Shown here in pieces: positions 19,648 through 32,854 of a stretch of DNA of 64,000 bases. The notes beneath the pieces were generated by a model. It was given only the letters and a program-made list of their open reading frames with translations, ran no database searches and was not told the origin of the DNA. A program made the position numbers and the translations under genes. Every line of letters starts with the position of its first letter. The first letter of the stretch is position 1. The stretch comes from Squalus acanthias (Eukaryota): positions 9,238,001-9,302,000 of the forward strand of contig CM059432.1 of the NCBI GenBank assembly GCA_030390025.1, read 5' to 3'.

Positions 19648-21289
19648 TGTAAGGGATTTGACCGTGCGTGTCTCGCAGCCTGTGAGATTCACGCGGCTCT
19701 GTGCAGCCTGTATGTCAGTGCGGGTTTAGGCCTTGTTGCCTGTTCTGGTCTCCAGCCAGTCTGGGAGCACTAGACACACCTGTGAGTGGTTCGAATCACT
19801 CGCCCTTACGGTTCTAGACACTGGACTTAGATGCGAGAGCAGTAATGGAGATGAAACTCATGTAGACTCGGTTGAATGGTACGAAATGGAAAATCTTTAT
19901 TGCATGATATTTAAGATTACGAAATACATGTCATAAGCACAGATTAATGACAGTACAATCTTACAAGCAGTTATATAGCTGATCCTAGGGAAACGAGGAA
20001 CGAACGACACACCGTAAATAGGGGCACACATTACAAGTATCCTTAATACTTAAACCCTCCCCTATCAATATCTGTCCTAGCTAGATTCGTAGGATTTCGA
20101 GACTCATGCTCACCACTCGTGATAACTCGGAGAAATTCCTAATAGCTGATCGGATGTTTTCCACCGCAGCACCCACGTGTCGGTCAGGAGGTCTCCTGGT
20201 CCCACTTGTTTACTTGCTTCTGCTCCGGCTAGCAGGCTGGACCGTCTGCTGTGATGAAGATCTGTGTTGGTTGGTTTAACAGGTACTTTCCGAATACAGA
20301 CCAGTCAATATCATCTTTGACGATCCGTTCTTGCAAGTTCAAAGAAGTCTTCCTGGCAAGGAAAACTTGGCTGTTCGACCTACAGGCACGGTCGGGATTT
20401 ACTGACCGTGGCGATGAGTATGGTCTTCCTCTCTTCTCATCTCATCTCATCTCATCTCATCTCATCTCGGGCCTTTGGTTCCGATGCCAGTTACCAACAT
20501 AGGTCTTCGTTACGCGACACGAGGTAGATCCGAACGGATCAGAAAGTTCAACAGTCTTTTTCAAAGAGGCACCAGGCAAGCAGGAACAAGACTACGAGTC
20601 AAAAACACAGGAGCAGCCACGAGGTTACGAGTCGATCGGATAAGAGAATAAGAGAAAGATGGACGGTTGGAGCTTGTAATTATAGTACAAAATCTTCCGT
20701 TTCCCGCCCAACCTTAATGTCCTTTCTTTTGTTTGGGTCTGGCGCTCAAATGTCTTGTATGGGTGATCTCCGTTCTTAACGGGTTTCGGGGCTACTCGTA
20801 AATGTCTGAGTACCTGTTAATATTTCTCCCATTGTTAAATCGGTCGGTGTTCTCCCTGGAGGGGTTTTGGGGCTTCCAAGTGTTTTGTATAACTACCCGC
20901 TAAACGGCTCTCTCATCGTAGAGTCGTTGGGATTTTACATATTAATGTCTTTTGGATGGGCCCTTGATTACTTGGTACAATAGCTTTCATTCGTACCTGG
21001 GAGACCGATTTCAGTATTTATGTGTATACTGCAAACCCATAATGTCTCGTGTATTATCTTCAATGTGCTGGATCTTAATCGATCTTGCACAAATGTTTAT
21101 TGGAACGCCATCTTGTCTGCCTGTCGAAAAGTCTAGAATGTTCTGTCACGAGGTGCGGCGGCCATTTTACAGGCTGCTTGTGTCCACTTTGAGAAACCTG
21201 ACAGCATTCTGCTGAAATAAAAGCTGTTTGAACGAAACTATGTGTTTTCTCCTTATTAATAAAAATCGCGATATATTGCGAATTCTACA
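19648..21289 (-). repeat. 5' LTR (1642 bp)
   Basis: By eye it differs from the 3' LTR only by one extra ctcat unit and two A/G substitutions (about 9456 vs 20521 and 9986 vs 21051). Confidence 0.97.
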
Positions 21290-21332
21290 TTAACCTTTAC
21301 TGAAAAATAAAGGAAGTGGCCTTCTAGTTCTT

Positions 21333-21765
21333 CCTGAGTCAGAAGGTTGTGGGTTCACAGTCCCCAGTCCAGGGACTTGAGCACATAAAGCTAGGCTGAC
21401 ACTCCCAGTGCAGTGCTGAGGGAGTGCTGCACTGTCGGAGGTGCCGTCTTTCAGATAAGACGTTAAACCGAGGCCCCGTATGCTCTCTCAGGTGGACGTA
21501 ATAGATCCCACGGCACTATTTCGAAGAAGAGCAGGGGAGTTATCCCCGGTGTCCTGGGGCCAATATTTATCCCTCAATCAACATCACTAAAACAGATTAT
21601 CTGGTCATTTTCACATTGCTGTTTGTGGGAGCTTGCTGTGCGTAAATTGGCTGCCGCGTTTCCTGCATTACAACAGTGACCACACTCCAAAAGTACTTCA
21701 CTGGCTGTAAAGCGCTTTGAGACGTCCGGTGGTCGTGAACGGTGCTATATAAACACAAGTCTTTC
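21333..21765 (+). mobile_element. DeuSINE (SacSINE1-like)
   Basis: tRNA-like head, Deu domain gcactgtcggaggtgccgtctttc.., and an L2-type tail gctatataaa. Confidence 0.88.
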
Positions 21766-22544
21766 TTTCTTCACACTCTCCGCAACGAATGCTTCAAATA
21801 GGCTAGTGCGGCAATAAATTAGCTGTCTGTGCCATGTTATGTCGATAAGCCAGGGTCTCTGGAGAACAGCTGCTGCCGCTTTATACCGACACTTCCGCAA
21901 ATTTTATAAATCCTCATCAGCTCAAGATTAGGATCGGCAGATTGCTACGGCAGCTAACACATAATCCAGCAGCGGCAGAAAGGATGCGGGGAAGAGTGAG
22001 AACGATTGATGAGCAGAGCAACTTAATGGATACCGTTAAGTTGCGCTCGGACAGCAATCATACAAAGATGGGCTGCTATGTTTTAACGTTTCTGGACGCA
22101 TTTGATCAGCAGCAGAGAGATAAGCAGCAAAGTGTAATTACACACAAATACACACAAGGGAATGCAAGTGGCAATTTAGCACATAAACAGCATGTGCAGA
22201 AACAAATGCGATGCGCTGGAAGAATGGGCCTGCTTACCTCCCCCCACCCCCACTTTCTGTGCCTGAATAATACAGCAGCTGAATTTCCTGTGTGGCTTTT
22301 CAGGTAATTGCACCTGATTGCACTGAAGGAAGGCGCAGCAAGATAAATGGCATGCAAGTAAATGTTGGTCAGCCCTGCACTCAGGTGTCTTGCTCTAGCG
22401 GCAAGTTCAGGAGCAAGCATTTCCCAAGGGAACAGGCCCCACAGGTTCCAAAGCTTCCAATCCGGTGCCGACTGCCTCAAGCTGATTGGCTCCGCAGGAG
22501 TGCTCCTCCGGGTACCGTAAAATTAATATATACATTTTTTACAA

Positions 22545-23998
22545 ATTATTCATTCACGGGATGTGAGCGTCGCTGGCAAGACCGGCATTTATTGCCCATC
22601 CCTAATTGCCCTTGAGAAGGTGGTGGTGAGCCGCCTTCTTGAACCGCTGCAGTCCGTGTGGTGAAGGTTCCTCCCACAGTGCTGATTTTGATCCAGCGTC
22701 GATGAAGGAACGGCGATACATTGCCAAGTTCGGATGGTGTGTGACTTAAAAACATAGAAACATAGAAGATAGGAGCAGGAGTAGGCCATTCGGCCCCTCG
22801 AGCCTGCTCCGCCATTCGATGAGATCATGGCTGATCATCCAAACTCAGTACCCTGTACCTGCCTTCTCCCCATATCCCTTGATACCTTTAGCTTTAAGAA
22901 ATATATCTAACTCATTTTTGAATATATTTAATGACTTGGCCTCAACTACCTTCTGTGGTAGAGAATTCCACAGGTTCACCACTCTCTGGGTGAAGAAATT
23001 CTTCCTCATTTCTGTCCTAAATGGCTTACCCCTTATCCTTAGATTATGACCCCTGGTTCTGGACTCTCCGACCATCGGGAACATTCTTCCTGCATCTAGT
23101 TTGTCCAGACCTGTCAGAATTTTATATGTTTCGATGAGATCCCCTCTCATTCTTCTATACTCCAGCGAGTATAAGCCCAATCGACCCAATCTCTCCTCAT
23201 ATGTCATTCCTGCCATCCCAGGTATCAGCCTTGTGAATCTTCGCTGAACTCCCTCCATGGCAAGAACATCCTTCCTCAGATAAGGCGACCAAAACTGCAC
23301 ACAATACTCAAGGTGTGGTCTCACCAAGGCCCTGTACAACTGCAGCAGGACATCCCTGTTCCTATACTCAAACCCTTTCGCTATGAAGACCAACATACCA
23401 TTTGCCTTCTTCACCGGCTGCTGCACCTGCATGCTTACCTTCAGCGACTGGTGCACAAGGACACCCAGGTCTCGTTGCACTTCCCCTTCTCCCAATCTAT
23501 TGCCATTCAGATAATAGTCTGCCTTTCTGTTTCATGGAGTTTGCATGTACAGCTAGTGTTACTGAGAATAAACTTTACTACGTGAACCATATTTAGAAGA
23601 ATGAGAGGTGATCTCATTGAAACATATAAAATTCTTAATAGGCTTGACAGGGTAGATGCAGGGAGGATGTTTCCCCTGGCTGGGGAGTCTCCAACCAGGG
23701 GTCACAGTCTCAGGATAAGGGGTCGGCCATTTAGGACTGAGATGAAGTGAAATTTCTTCACTCAGAGGGTGGTGAATCTTTGGAATTCTCTACCCCAGAG
23801 GGCTGTGGAGGCTCAGTCGTTGAGTATATTCAAGACAGAGATCGATAGATTTTTAGTTATTAAGGGAATCAAGGGATATGGGGATCGGGCGGGAAAGTGG
23901 AGTTGAGGTGGAAGATCAGCCATGATCTTATTGAATGTCGGAGCAGGCTCGAGGGGCCGTATGTGGCCTACTCCTGCTCCTAATTCTTATGTTATTAA
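22545..23998. mobile_element. LINE cluster: CR1/L2-group fragment (-, about 22545-22748), CR1 (-, about 22749-23532), CR1 3' end (+, about 23592-23998)
   Basis: RDLGV, LVRPHLEYCVQFWSP and WNSLP motifs, with CR1 3'UTRs and tails. Confidence 0.9.
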
Positions 23999-24538
23999 TT
24001 TCTTTTTAAATACAAGGAGAATTTAGAATTTAAAAGCATCAGGTTTATTTATGATAATTCATTATTAAAGTTGTTGTTGTGACATCTCTAAAACTATGAT
24101 GCATTGTAGAGTGGTGAGAAAACATGCAGAAAGAGTCAATCTATGAACTGTCAGCATCCTTTCAGCATTCCAATGTTCTCTTTCTGCTCTATACTAATCT
24201 TACCCTTTACAAAGGTCACTAATAAGAATTGGGAATTTAAAAAGGGATTACAGTGCTTTGCATAAAAATTCCAGCACAGTCACAAGTCATTTCAGAGCTA
24301 AACCATGTCAAGTGTTGTTACACTTCTTTGACAGCACCTCCCAAACCCGCGACCTCTACCACCTAGAAGGACAAGGGCAGCAGGCGCATGGGAACACCAC
24401 CACCTCCAAGTTCCCCTCCAAGTCACACACCATCCTGACTTAGAAAGTATATCAGCTGTTCCTTCATTGTCGCTGGGTCAAAATCCTGGAACTCCCTCCC
24501 TAACAGCAGTGTGGGAGCACCTTACATAGATTTACATA

Positions 24539-25287
24539 GGGGGAAAAATTCATTCATTTGGGGCGCTAACTTTTAAAAGTTGAAAAAATGAGTGCCAGGC
24601 GCTAATGTTTCTCAACTTTTAAAAACTTCGGTTTTGTGCTCCAGGAAGGAAGTGGATCAAGCGCTAAATCAAGCACACCACTTCCTGCCTGGCGTGCAAC
24701 AGGCAGCAGGCGGGGGGGTAGGTGTGCAGCACTGCACAATGGGCCATGCAGCACTGCCACGTTGGAAACTCCTTCCCTTCCTTAAAGGGAAGGGCCATCG
24801 CTGTAGGCTCTGCAAGGGGAAAACTTACCTGGTCCCCAACGGCAGCCACAATCCGGCCCAATCAGCCCAATTCACTGCAGCAGAGAGCCGGGCTGATCGA
24901 GCGCTGAGGAAAGTAGGAATAAAAACAGAGAACGAGCATTTGATTATTTCTTTCCCTACCTCGGCCACCTCGCCTTTAAGTATCGCCCCCGAAGCGCCCG
25001 GCCTCCCGATGAACGCCTCCTGCAGCTGCCGGTGTTGCCACCCAGCGATGTTGCAGGGGGCGGAACCGAAGTTCGGGTCCAGGGCGCTACCGGGGCGATG
25101 CGCACGGCGATGACGTCACGATCTCCGGGCGCAGGAGATCGAGGGCGCAACGCCATACTACTGCCACAAACCCGAATTTAGCGGGAGGCGATATTCTCGC
25201 CGCGCCCGGACAGTAAGTGGTTGGCGCCCCGTTATGGCCCCCCCGGAGGCGATAACGGGAGGCGCAAAGGTGCCCAATTTCTCCCCC
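24539..25287. mobile_element. Harbinger-family MITE inserted into a CR1 tail
   Basis: Termini gggggaaaaatt and aatttctccccc, flanks ata/atc, subterminal ggcgc motifs. Confidence 0.75.
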
Positions 25288-26042
25288 ATCGAGTCTACAG
25301 CACAGAGACAGGCCATTCGGCCCCACTGGTCTATGCTGGAGTTTATGCTCCTCACGAGCCCCCTCCCTCCCCTCTTGATCTAACCCTATCAGCATATCCT
25401 ATCCTTTTCTCCCACATGTCCTTATCCAGCTTTCCCTTAAGTGCCTCTACGCTATTCGCCTCCACTACTCCCTGTGGTAGCGAGTTCCGTATTCTCACCA
25501 CTCTCTGGGTAAAGAAATTTCTCCTGAATAACCTATTGGATTTATTAGTGACTGTCTTGTATTAAATTATTGATCTATTTATTTGATATTTATAGTTACC
25601 TTCACCACACAGACTGCAGCGGATCAAGCAGGCAGCTCACCACCACCTTCTCAAGGGCAACTAGGGATGGGCGATAAATGCCGGCCTTGTTGTGGACAAC
25701 CATATCCCAAGAATAGATGCAGAGGAAAAGCCTTCACTGACCTGAGGGAACAATCCACCCCAGCCATTAACTTACAAAAGTACCCCTGATTTTTTTAAAT
25801 TTCTTACAGCAAGCATGTTTCTGAGTAAGATTACCAGTCTAGTGTCAATTTGCACCAAATTTCAGGCAGTTTTGTACTGAGGGATTGTGACAAGTAGGAA
25901 CTGAGCTGAAGTGACTCAAACGTGTGTCACATTGGACAGTTACAATAGTGATAGAGGAAACTTTCATGCCATCAGCCTCTGCTGGATTTGAATTGAGTTC
26001 CAAGAGACACATTTTATTAAGGATCTCAAGGATGTACCCTGA

Positions 26043-26883
26043 AAAGAGGTGATCTAATTGAGGCGTTTAAGATGATTAAATGAGTTGATAAGGTAGATAA
26101 AGAGAAACTATTTCCTCTGGTGTGGGAGTCCAGAACAAGGGGGCATAACCTTAAAATTAGAGCCAGGCCGTTCAGGGGGTGATGTCAGGAAGCACTTCTT
26201 CACACAAAGGGTAGTGGAAATCGGGAACTCTCTCCCCCAAAAAGCTGTTGAGGCTGGGGGTTTCAATTGAAAATGTCAAAACTGAGATTGATGTGTTTTT
26301 GTTAGGCAAGGGTATTAAGGATTATGGAACCAAGGTTGGCAGATGGAGTTAAGATACAGATCAGCCATGATCTAATTGAATGACGGAATGGGCTCGAGGG
26401 GCTGAATGGCCCACTCCTGTTCCAATGTTTCTTTAACCAGTGCATGATCCTACCATTGCCGGCATCTTTTTTTAAATTCGTTTTTTATGGGATGTGGGCA
26501 TCGCTGGCAAGGCCAGCATTTATTGCCCATCCCTAGTTGCCCTTGAGAAGGTGGTGGTGAGCCACCTTCTTGAACCGCTGCAGTCCGTGCGGTGAAGGTA
26601 CTCCCACAGCGCTGTTAGGGAGGGAGTTCCAGGATTTTGACTCAGCGACGATGAAGGATCGGCGATATACTTCCAAGTCAGGATGGTGTGTGACTTGGAG
26701 GAGAACTTGGAGGTGGTGATGTTCCGATGTGCCTGCTGCCCTTGGCCATTATAGGTGGTAAAGGTCGCGGGTTGGGGAGGTGCTGCCGAAGAAGCCTTGG
26801 CGAGTTGCTGCAGTGCATCTTGTAGATGGTACACACTGCAGCCACGGTACGCCGGTGGTGGAGGGAGTGAATGTTTAAGGTGG
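26043..26883. mobile_element. CR1 3' end (+, about 26043-26430) and CR1/L2-group LINE 3' end (-, about 26470-26883)
   Basis: Same 3' sequences as other copies in the window. Confidence 0.85.
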
Positions 26884-27901
26884 TTTAGAATGCAAACGTT
26901 CCTGATGGGGGCCCTGCTTCGTGAACTTGCTGTTCGACGCTGCGTACTGGAGGGCAGCGTAATGGCCCACGGGTCCCAGGGGCGCAGTGTGTGCGGAGGC
27001 GTACCTGGGATCATGTGGGCCTGGTGCTCCAATCAGTGGAAGCACCGAGTTTCCTCTTACAGTATTGACAGATAGGCCCATAGTGTTGGTGGATATGTGG
27101 GAACCATTGCATCAGGCTTATAGGAGAAAGGAGGGTGCAGACTGGCGCCTGACACACTGAACGTTGCATTAGAAGGTTTAATGTCAGGAAATAAGATATA
27201 AATATATAGGTTTAATATTTGGTTCTTTATTTGGGATTTGGTATTGGTTGAATTCAGTCTGTCACATGCCGAACGATGCTTTGGATCTTTTGAGGTATCC
27301 CCTTACGCTGACGCAAACAGGCCCCTCACCTGTTTGCATCAGCCATAAAATTCTCATACGTAATTGCTGGGCATTCGGTGGGCAATTAGCCCAACTCTGC
27401 GCCAGCAATCGGGATGTCCCACCCCCGTCGGTGCGGATCATCTGTCGAGTCGTAACTTGACAGCTCGCAAGTTCGGGATTTAGCGCATGCGCTTGAAATC
27501 ACGAACTCGCGGTCCGTTTCAAAGGCGGTATGACGGCGTACTCTGAATGTACGCTGTCATACCCACCGCAAATTCTATCCCAACATTGCAGGTTTTATGT
27601 TCCCACAATCTGGTCCTTGACGTCAGAATTGCCATCACCAAAAGACATACTCCTTATTGCTCCATAAACCAAACTTCCTAATACCACAATCAGACAGAGT
27701 GGTCACTGTCACTTTGGCCGCAGATGGAATACTGTCAGTTGTGGATCAGCTACCCGTTATACATCCCGCCTGAATTTCCTTTCCATTGACAAGCGGCCGA
27801 TCCACCACCTCCAGTTTTCTGCCCATCGCCCCTCAGACCAGGACTTCAAAATGTGAGAAAGACGAATAAAATCACACACATCAGTTGCAACACTTTATAA
27901 T

Positions 27902-28631
27902 GGGCTGGTATTTGCTGGGGCGGGGCATGTCGCGGCGGGCTCGGTTCGTTCGTTCGTTTTTCCTGCACCCTTCAGCTCAACTTTATTTTTGACCTGTGAG
28001 TTGCTTGAAGTGCGAGCTGATAACGGCGCAGCGAGGGCAACGGAGCATCTGGGACCTCGGGGAATGAGATTTAAAGATTGAGAAAGAAACAGAGGAAGGA
28101 CTGAGAAAGAGTGTGAATTAAAGTCAAATCAGGTACAGAAAGAGAAATAAAGAGAGGGAAAGAAAGATTGGATTCAGAGAGAGAGCAAAAAGAGACAGAG
28201 AGGAAAAGTAAGATTTTTTTTTAAATTTGAATTTTTAAAAATCTCCAATAACAATTTACTACCTGAAGGAATGAGACTCCACACTTTAATTGTTCACTTT
28301 CTGGGCCAACGAGGTTGATTGGCAGTCATTAACAATTATCACATCATTAAAAGGGGACTTACGCTACTTAATTACTAGACTAAACTTTCTACAGCGAGCT
28401 TAATGGGTAATTAATGCGCAAATGCAGCAAGTTCGTGAACTCACGGGGAGGTTAAGGGCGAGATGTTGTTTTCATGAAGCTAACGGCGGAGCGACGCAAA
28501 TGGTCCAGCAACCTGTGGCGATCGGCAATTCACGGGGTAGCTCTTCCTCGCTACAAGTTGCTGGATGATTTACACTCTAATAACGGCGAGCGTCGTTCAG
28601 ACCCTGTTATTTTTTCAGCAAACTCTGGCCC
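27902..28631. mobile_element. MITE-like non-autonomous DNA transposon
   Basis: Imperfect TIRs gggctggtatttgctg and cagcaaactctggccc, with 3-bp flanks aat/aac. Confidence 0.6.
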
Positions 28632-29129
28632 AACAGATACAGTCTAATGGTACGCCTTATATTTCAAAGGGGGCTACTCCCCCCCCCAACTTCAAAAGCA
28701 ATGTTAGATCAGCCAATTTAAAAGCCTGTTACCCAAAGCAAAATATTGACAAAAGAGGTAACAAGCTATTTAATTCACAAGCAATGTTGTTGATGCCTCT
28801 AAGCAAGGAGAACATACTTGCATTACTTTCTAGTCTCGAAGAAGTTGAAGGCTACAGGCTCATTCCAGACTTCAGGGAAGAAGGACTCCCTCAAGCAGGA
28901 AGCTTTCAAGGTTGCTACTATCTCGGCAATTATTCAAGAAATCTACCTACATGACTAGTCATCCTTGAAACACATGAAGGGTGTATATTTTTACACTGCA
29001 ATCCAGAGACATTACAGAAAATCCCTTTGTTTTAACAAAGTATTGCCTATTGGCCTAACTTTGGTTGTCACGGTTTTCACAATAGTAGTACAAGTACAAG
29101 CTGAGATCTTCGTGGATAGCACGTTTAAC

Positions 29130-32100
29130 GAGGTGGTCACACCACAGGTAAAGAGTGCGCCAGACAGAGTAAAAGAACTAGGAAGGTAGTGCAGGAGTCC
29201 CCTGCGTCCACCTCCCTCTCCAACAGATTTTCCGTTTTGGATACTGATGGGGGAGATGGTTTCTCAGGGGAATGCAGCAAGAGCCAAGTCCGTGGCACTA
29301 CGAGTGCCTCAGCTGCACAGGAGGGGAGGAAAAAGAGTGGGAGAGCAATAGTGATAGGAGATTCTATTGCAGCAGATAGACGTTTCTGTGGCCGCAGACG
29401 TGACTCCAGGATGGTATGTTGCCTCCCTGGTGCCAGGGTCAAGGATGTCACTGAACGGCTGCAGGGCATTCTGAAGGGGGAGGGCGAACAGTCAGAGGTC
29501 GTGGTTCACATTGGTACCAACGACATGGGTAGAAAGAGGGATGAGGTCCTGCAACAAGAATTTAGGGAGCGAGGTAGCAGATTAAAAAGCAGGACCTCAA
29601 AGGTTGTAATCTCTGGATTACTCCCGGTGCCACGTGCTAGTGAGTATAGGAATAGGAGGATAGAGCAGATGAATGCGTGGCTAAAGAGTTGGTGCAGGAG
29701 GGAGGGCTTTAGTTTCCTGGATCACTGGGTCTGCTTCTGGGGAAGGTGGGATCTGTACAAGTCAGACGGGTTGCACCTGAACCGGAATGGGACCAACAAC
29801 CTTGCGGGGAGGTTTGCTAGTACTGTTGGTGGGGGGGGGGGGATTAAACTAACTTGGCAGGGGGATGGGATACGGAGTGGAGCTATAGTAGGGAGTGATG
29901 CACAGCCAAATATAGAGGAAAAAACAAGTCAGCCTGGAAGGCAGAGCAAATATGTAACGGCACAAGGGAGTATGGCAAGGCTGGATGGCATTTATTTTAA
30001 TGCAAGGAGTCTTGCGAGTAAGGCAGATGAATTGTAGGTGTTGATGAACACATGGGAGTATGATATTGTTGCTATCACAGAGACATGGTTGAGGGAGGGG
30101 CAGGACTGGCAGCTGAATATTCCGGGGTATAGAATCTTCAGGCGAGACAGAGGGGGGTGTAAAAGAGGAGGGGGTGTCGTAATATTAATCAAGGAGTCAA
30201 TTACTGCTGTAAGGAGGGATGATATCTTAGCAGGTTCCTCTAATGAGGCCATATGGGTAGAACTTAAAAGCAAAAAGGGGGCAAGCACTTTGCTGGGAGT
30301 GTACTATAGGCCCCCAAACAGTCAGGGGGAGATAGAGGAACACATATGTAGGCAAATCTCAGAGAAGTGTAGAAATAATAGGGTAATAATAGTGGGGGAT
30401 TTTTACTTCCCCAATATTAACTGGGATAGTCAGAGTGTGAAAGGCTTAGAGGGTGCGGAATTCTTAAAGTGCATCCAGGAGAGCTTTTTGAGCCAGCATG
30501 TAGAAAGTCCTGCAAGAGAGGGGGCGGTACTGGACCTAATTCTAGGGAATGTAGCTGGGCAAGTGGTAGAAGTGTCAGTTGGAGAGCATTTTGGTGACAG
30601 TGACCATAATTCGGTGAGATTTAAGGTAGTCATGGAAAAGGACAAAGATGGACCGGAAATAAAGGTTCTAAATTGGGGGAAGACCGATTTTAATATGATA
30701 AGGCAGGATCTGGCCAAAGTGGACTGGGATCAGCTACTTGTAGGAAAATCCACATCAGAGCAGTGGGAGTCTTTCAGAAAGGAAATAGAGAGAGTACAAT
30801 GCCAACATGTTCCCGTAAAGGTCAAGGGTGGGACCAACAAACCCAGGGAACCCTGGATATCAAGGGATATACAAGAATGGATTAGGACAAAAAGGGAGGC
30901 TTTTGGTAGATACAAAGGACTAAAAACAGTGGAAGCCCTAGAGGAGTATAGAAAATGCAGCTGGGTACTTCAAAAAGAAATTAGGAGAGCGATGAGGGAG
31001 CATGAAAAACACTGGCGGGCAAAATAAAGGAAAATCCCAAGGTGTTTTATAAGTATATTAAGGGCAAGAGAATAACCAGGGAAAGAGTAGGGACCATTAG
31101 GAACCAAAGTGGCAATCTGTGTGTAGAGCCGGAAGATGTAGGTGAGGTTTTAAATGAATATTTTGCATCTGTGTTCCCTGTGGAGAAGGACGAAGTAGGC
31201 ATAGAAATCAGGCAGGGGGATTGTGATATACTTGAACAAATTAGTATTGAGTGGGAGGAGGTACTCGCAGTTTTAGCGGGCTTAAAAGTGGATAAATCCC
31301 CAGGCATTGATGGGATGTATCCCAGGCTGCTGTGTGAGGCAAGGGAGGAGATTGAAGGGGCTCTGACACAAATTTTCAGAACCTCTCCGACCACAGGGGA
31401 GGTGCCAGAGGACTGGAGGACAACTAAAGTAGTGCCATTATTCAAGAAGGGTAGTAGGGAGAAACCAGGGAATTACAGGCCAGCGAGCCTAACATCAGTG
31501 GTAGGGAAATTATTGGAAAAAATTCTGAGGGACAGAATTAGTCTCCACTTGGAGAGGCAGGGATTAATCAGGGATAGTCAGCGTGGCTTTGTCAGGGGGA
31601 GATCATGTCTAACCAATTTGATTGAATTTTTCGAGGGGGTGACTAGGTGTGTGGATGAGGGTACTGCAGTTGATGTAGTCTACATTAACTTCAGTAAGGC
31701 TTTTGACAAAGTCCCACATGGGAGACTGGTGAAGAAGGTAAGAGCCCATGGGTTCCAGGGCAATTTGGCACATTGGATCCAAAATTGACTTAGTGGCAGG
31801 AGGCAGAGGGTGATGGTCAAAGGTTGTTTTTGTGACTGGAAGCCTGTGTCCAGTGGTGTACCGCAAGGATCCTTTGCTGTTTGTAGTGTACATTAAAGAT
31901 TTAGATATGAATGTAGGAGGTATGATCAGTAAGTTCGCAGATGACACGAAAATTGGTGGAGTGGTAAATAGTGAGGAGGGAAGCCTCAGGCTACAGGATG
32001 ATATAGACGGGATGGTTAGATGGGCAGAACAGTGGCAAATGGAATTTAACCCTGAAAAGTGTGAGGTGATGCATTTTGGGAGGACTAACAAGGCAAGGGG

Positions 32101-32854
32101 ATACACAATGAATGGTAGGACCCTAGGAAGGACAGAGGATCAGAGGGACCTTGGTGTGCATGTACATAGATCCCTGAAGGCAGCAGGACAGGTAGATAAG
32201 GTGGTTAAGAAGGCATATGGGATACTTGCCTTTATTAGCTGAGACATAAAAAATAAGAGCAGGGAGGTTATGATGGAGCTGTACAAAATGCTAGTTAGGC
32301 CACAGCTGGAATACTGTGTGCAGTTCTGGTCGCCACACTATAGGAGGGATGTGATTGCATTGGAGAGGGTGCAGAGGAGATTCACCAGGATGTTACCTGG
32401 GCTGGAGCGCTTCAGCTTTGAAGAGAGACTGGACAGGCTGGGGTTGTTTTCATTAGAGCAGAGAAGGCTGAGGGGGGACCTGATTGAGGTGTACAAAATT
32501 ATGAGGGGCATAGATAGGGTAGGTAGAAAGGAACTTTTCCCCTTAGTAGAGGGGTCAATAACCAGGGGGCATAGTTTCAAGATAAGGGGCAGGAGGTTTA
32601 GAGGGGGATTTGAGGAAAAACTTTTTCACCCAGAGGATGGTTGGAATCTGGAACTCACTGCCTGAAAGTTTGGTAGAGGCAGGAACCCTCACAACATTCA
32701 AGAAGCATTCAGATGAGCACTTGAAACGCCATAGCATACAAGGCTACGGACAAAATGCTGGAAAATGGGATTAGAATAGACAGGGCTTAATGGCCAGCGC
32801 GGACACGATGGGCCGAAGGTCCTCTTTCTGTGCTGTATAACTCTATGACTCTAT
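29130..32854 (+). mobile_element. Long CR1 LINE: ORF1 SGNH-esterase part, ORF2 APE endonuclease and RT (disabled by stops and frameshifts)
   Basis: IVIGDS..HIGTND..DGLHLN; FNARSL..ITETWL..SDH; KAFDKV..FADD; (ctatgact)n tail. Confidence 0.95.

Larger units (their letters stand above)
8588..21289 (-). mobile_element. Full-length endogenous retrovirus-like provirus (lokiretrovirus-like): LTR-gag-pol-ORFx-env-LTR
   Basis: Paired TG..CA LTRs; a TTAA duplication at 8584-8587 and 21290-21293; PBS, PPT and uninterrupted gag, pol and env frames. Confidence 0.97.

Noticed and set aside
21333..21400. tRNA gene-like sequences at SINE heads
   Set aside because: They are SINE heads without a complete cloverleaf.
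29189..31027. Apparent in-frame fusion of the CR1 ORF1 esterase to the ORF2 endonuclease
   Set aside because: It depends on a long G run at about 29831-29842; the usual ORF1 end (ttaaactaa) follows in another frame, so this is probably homopolymer slippage or error.
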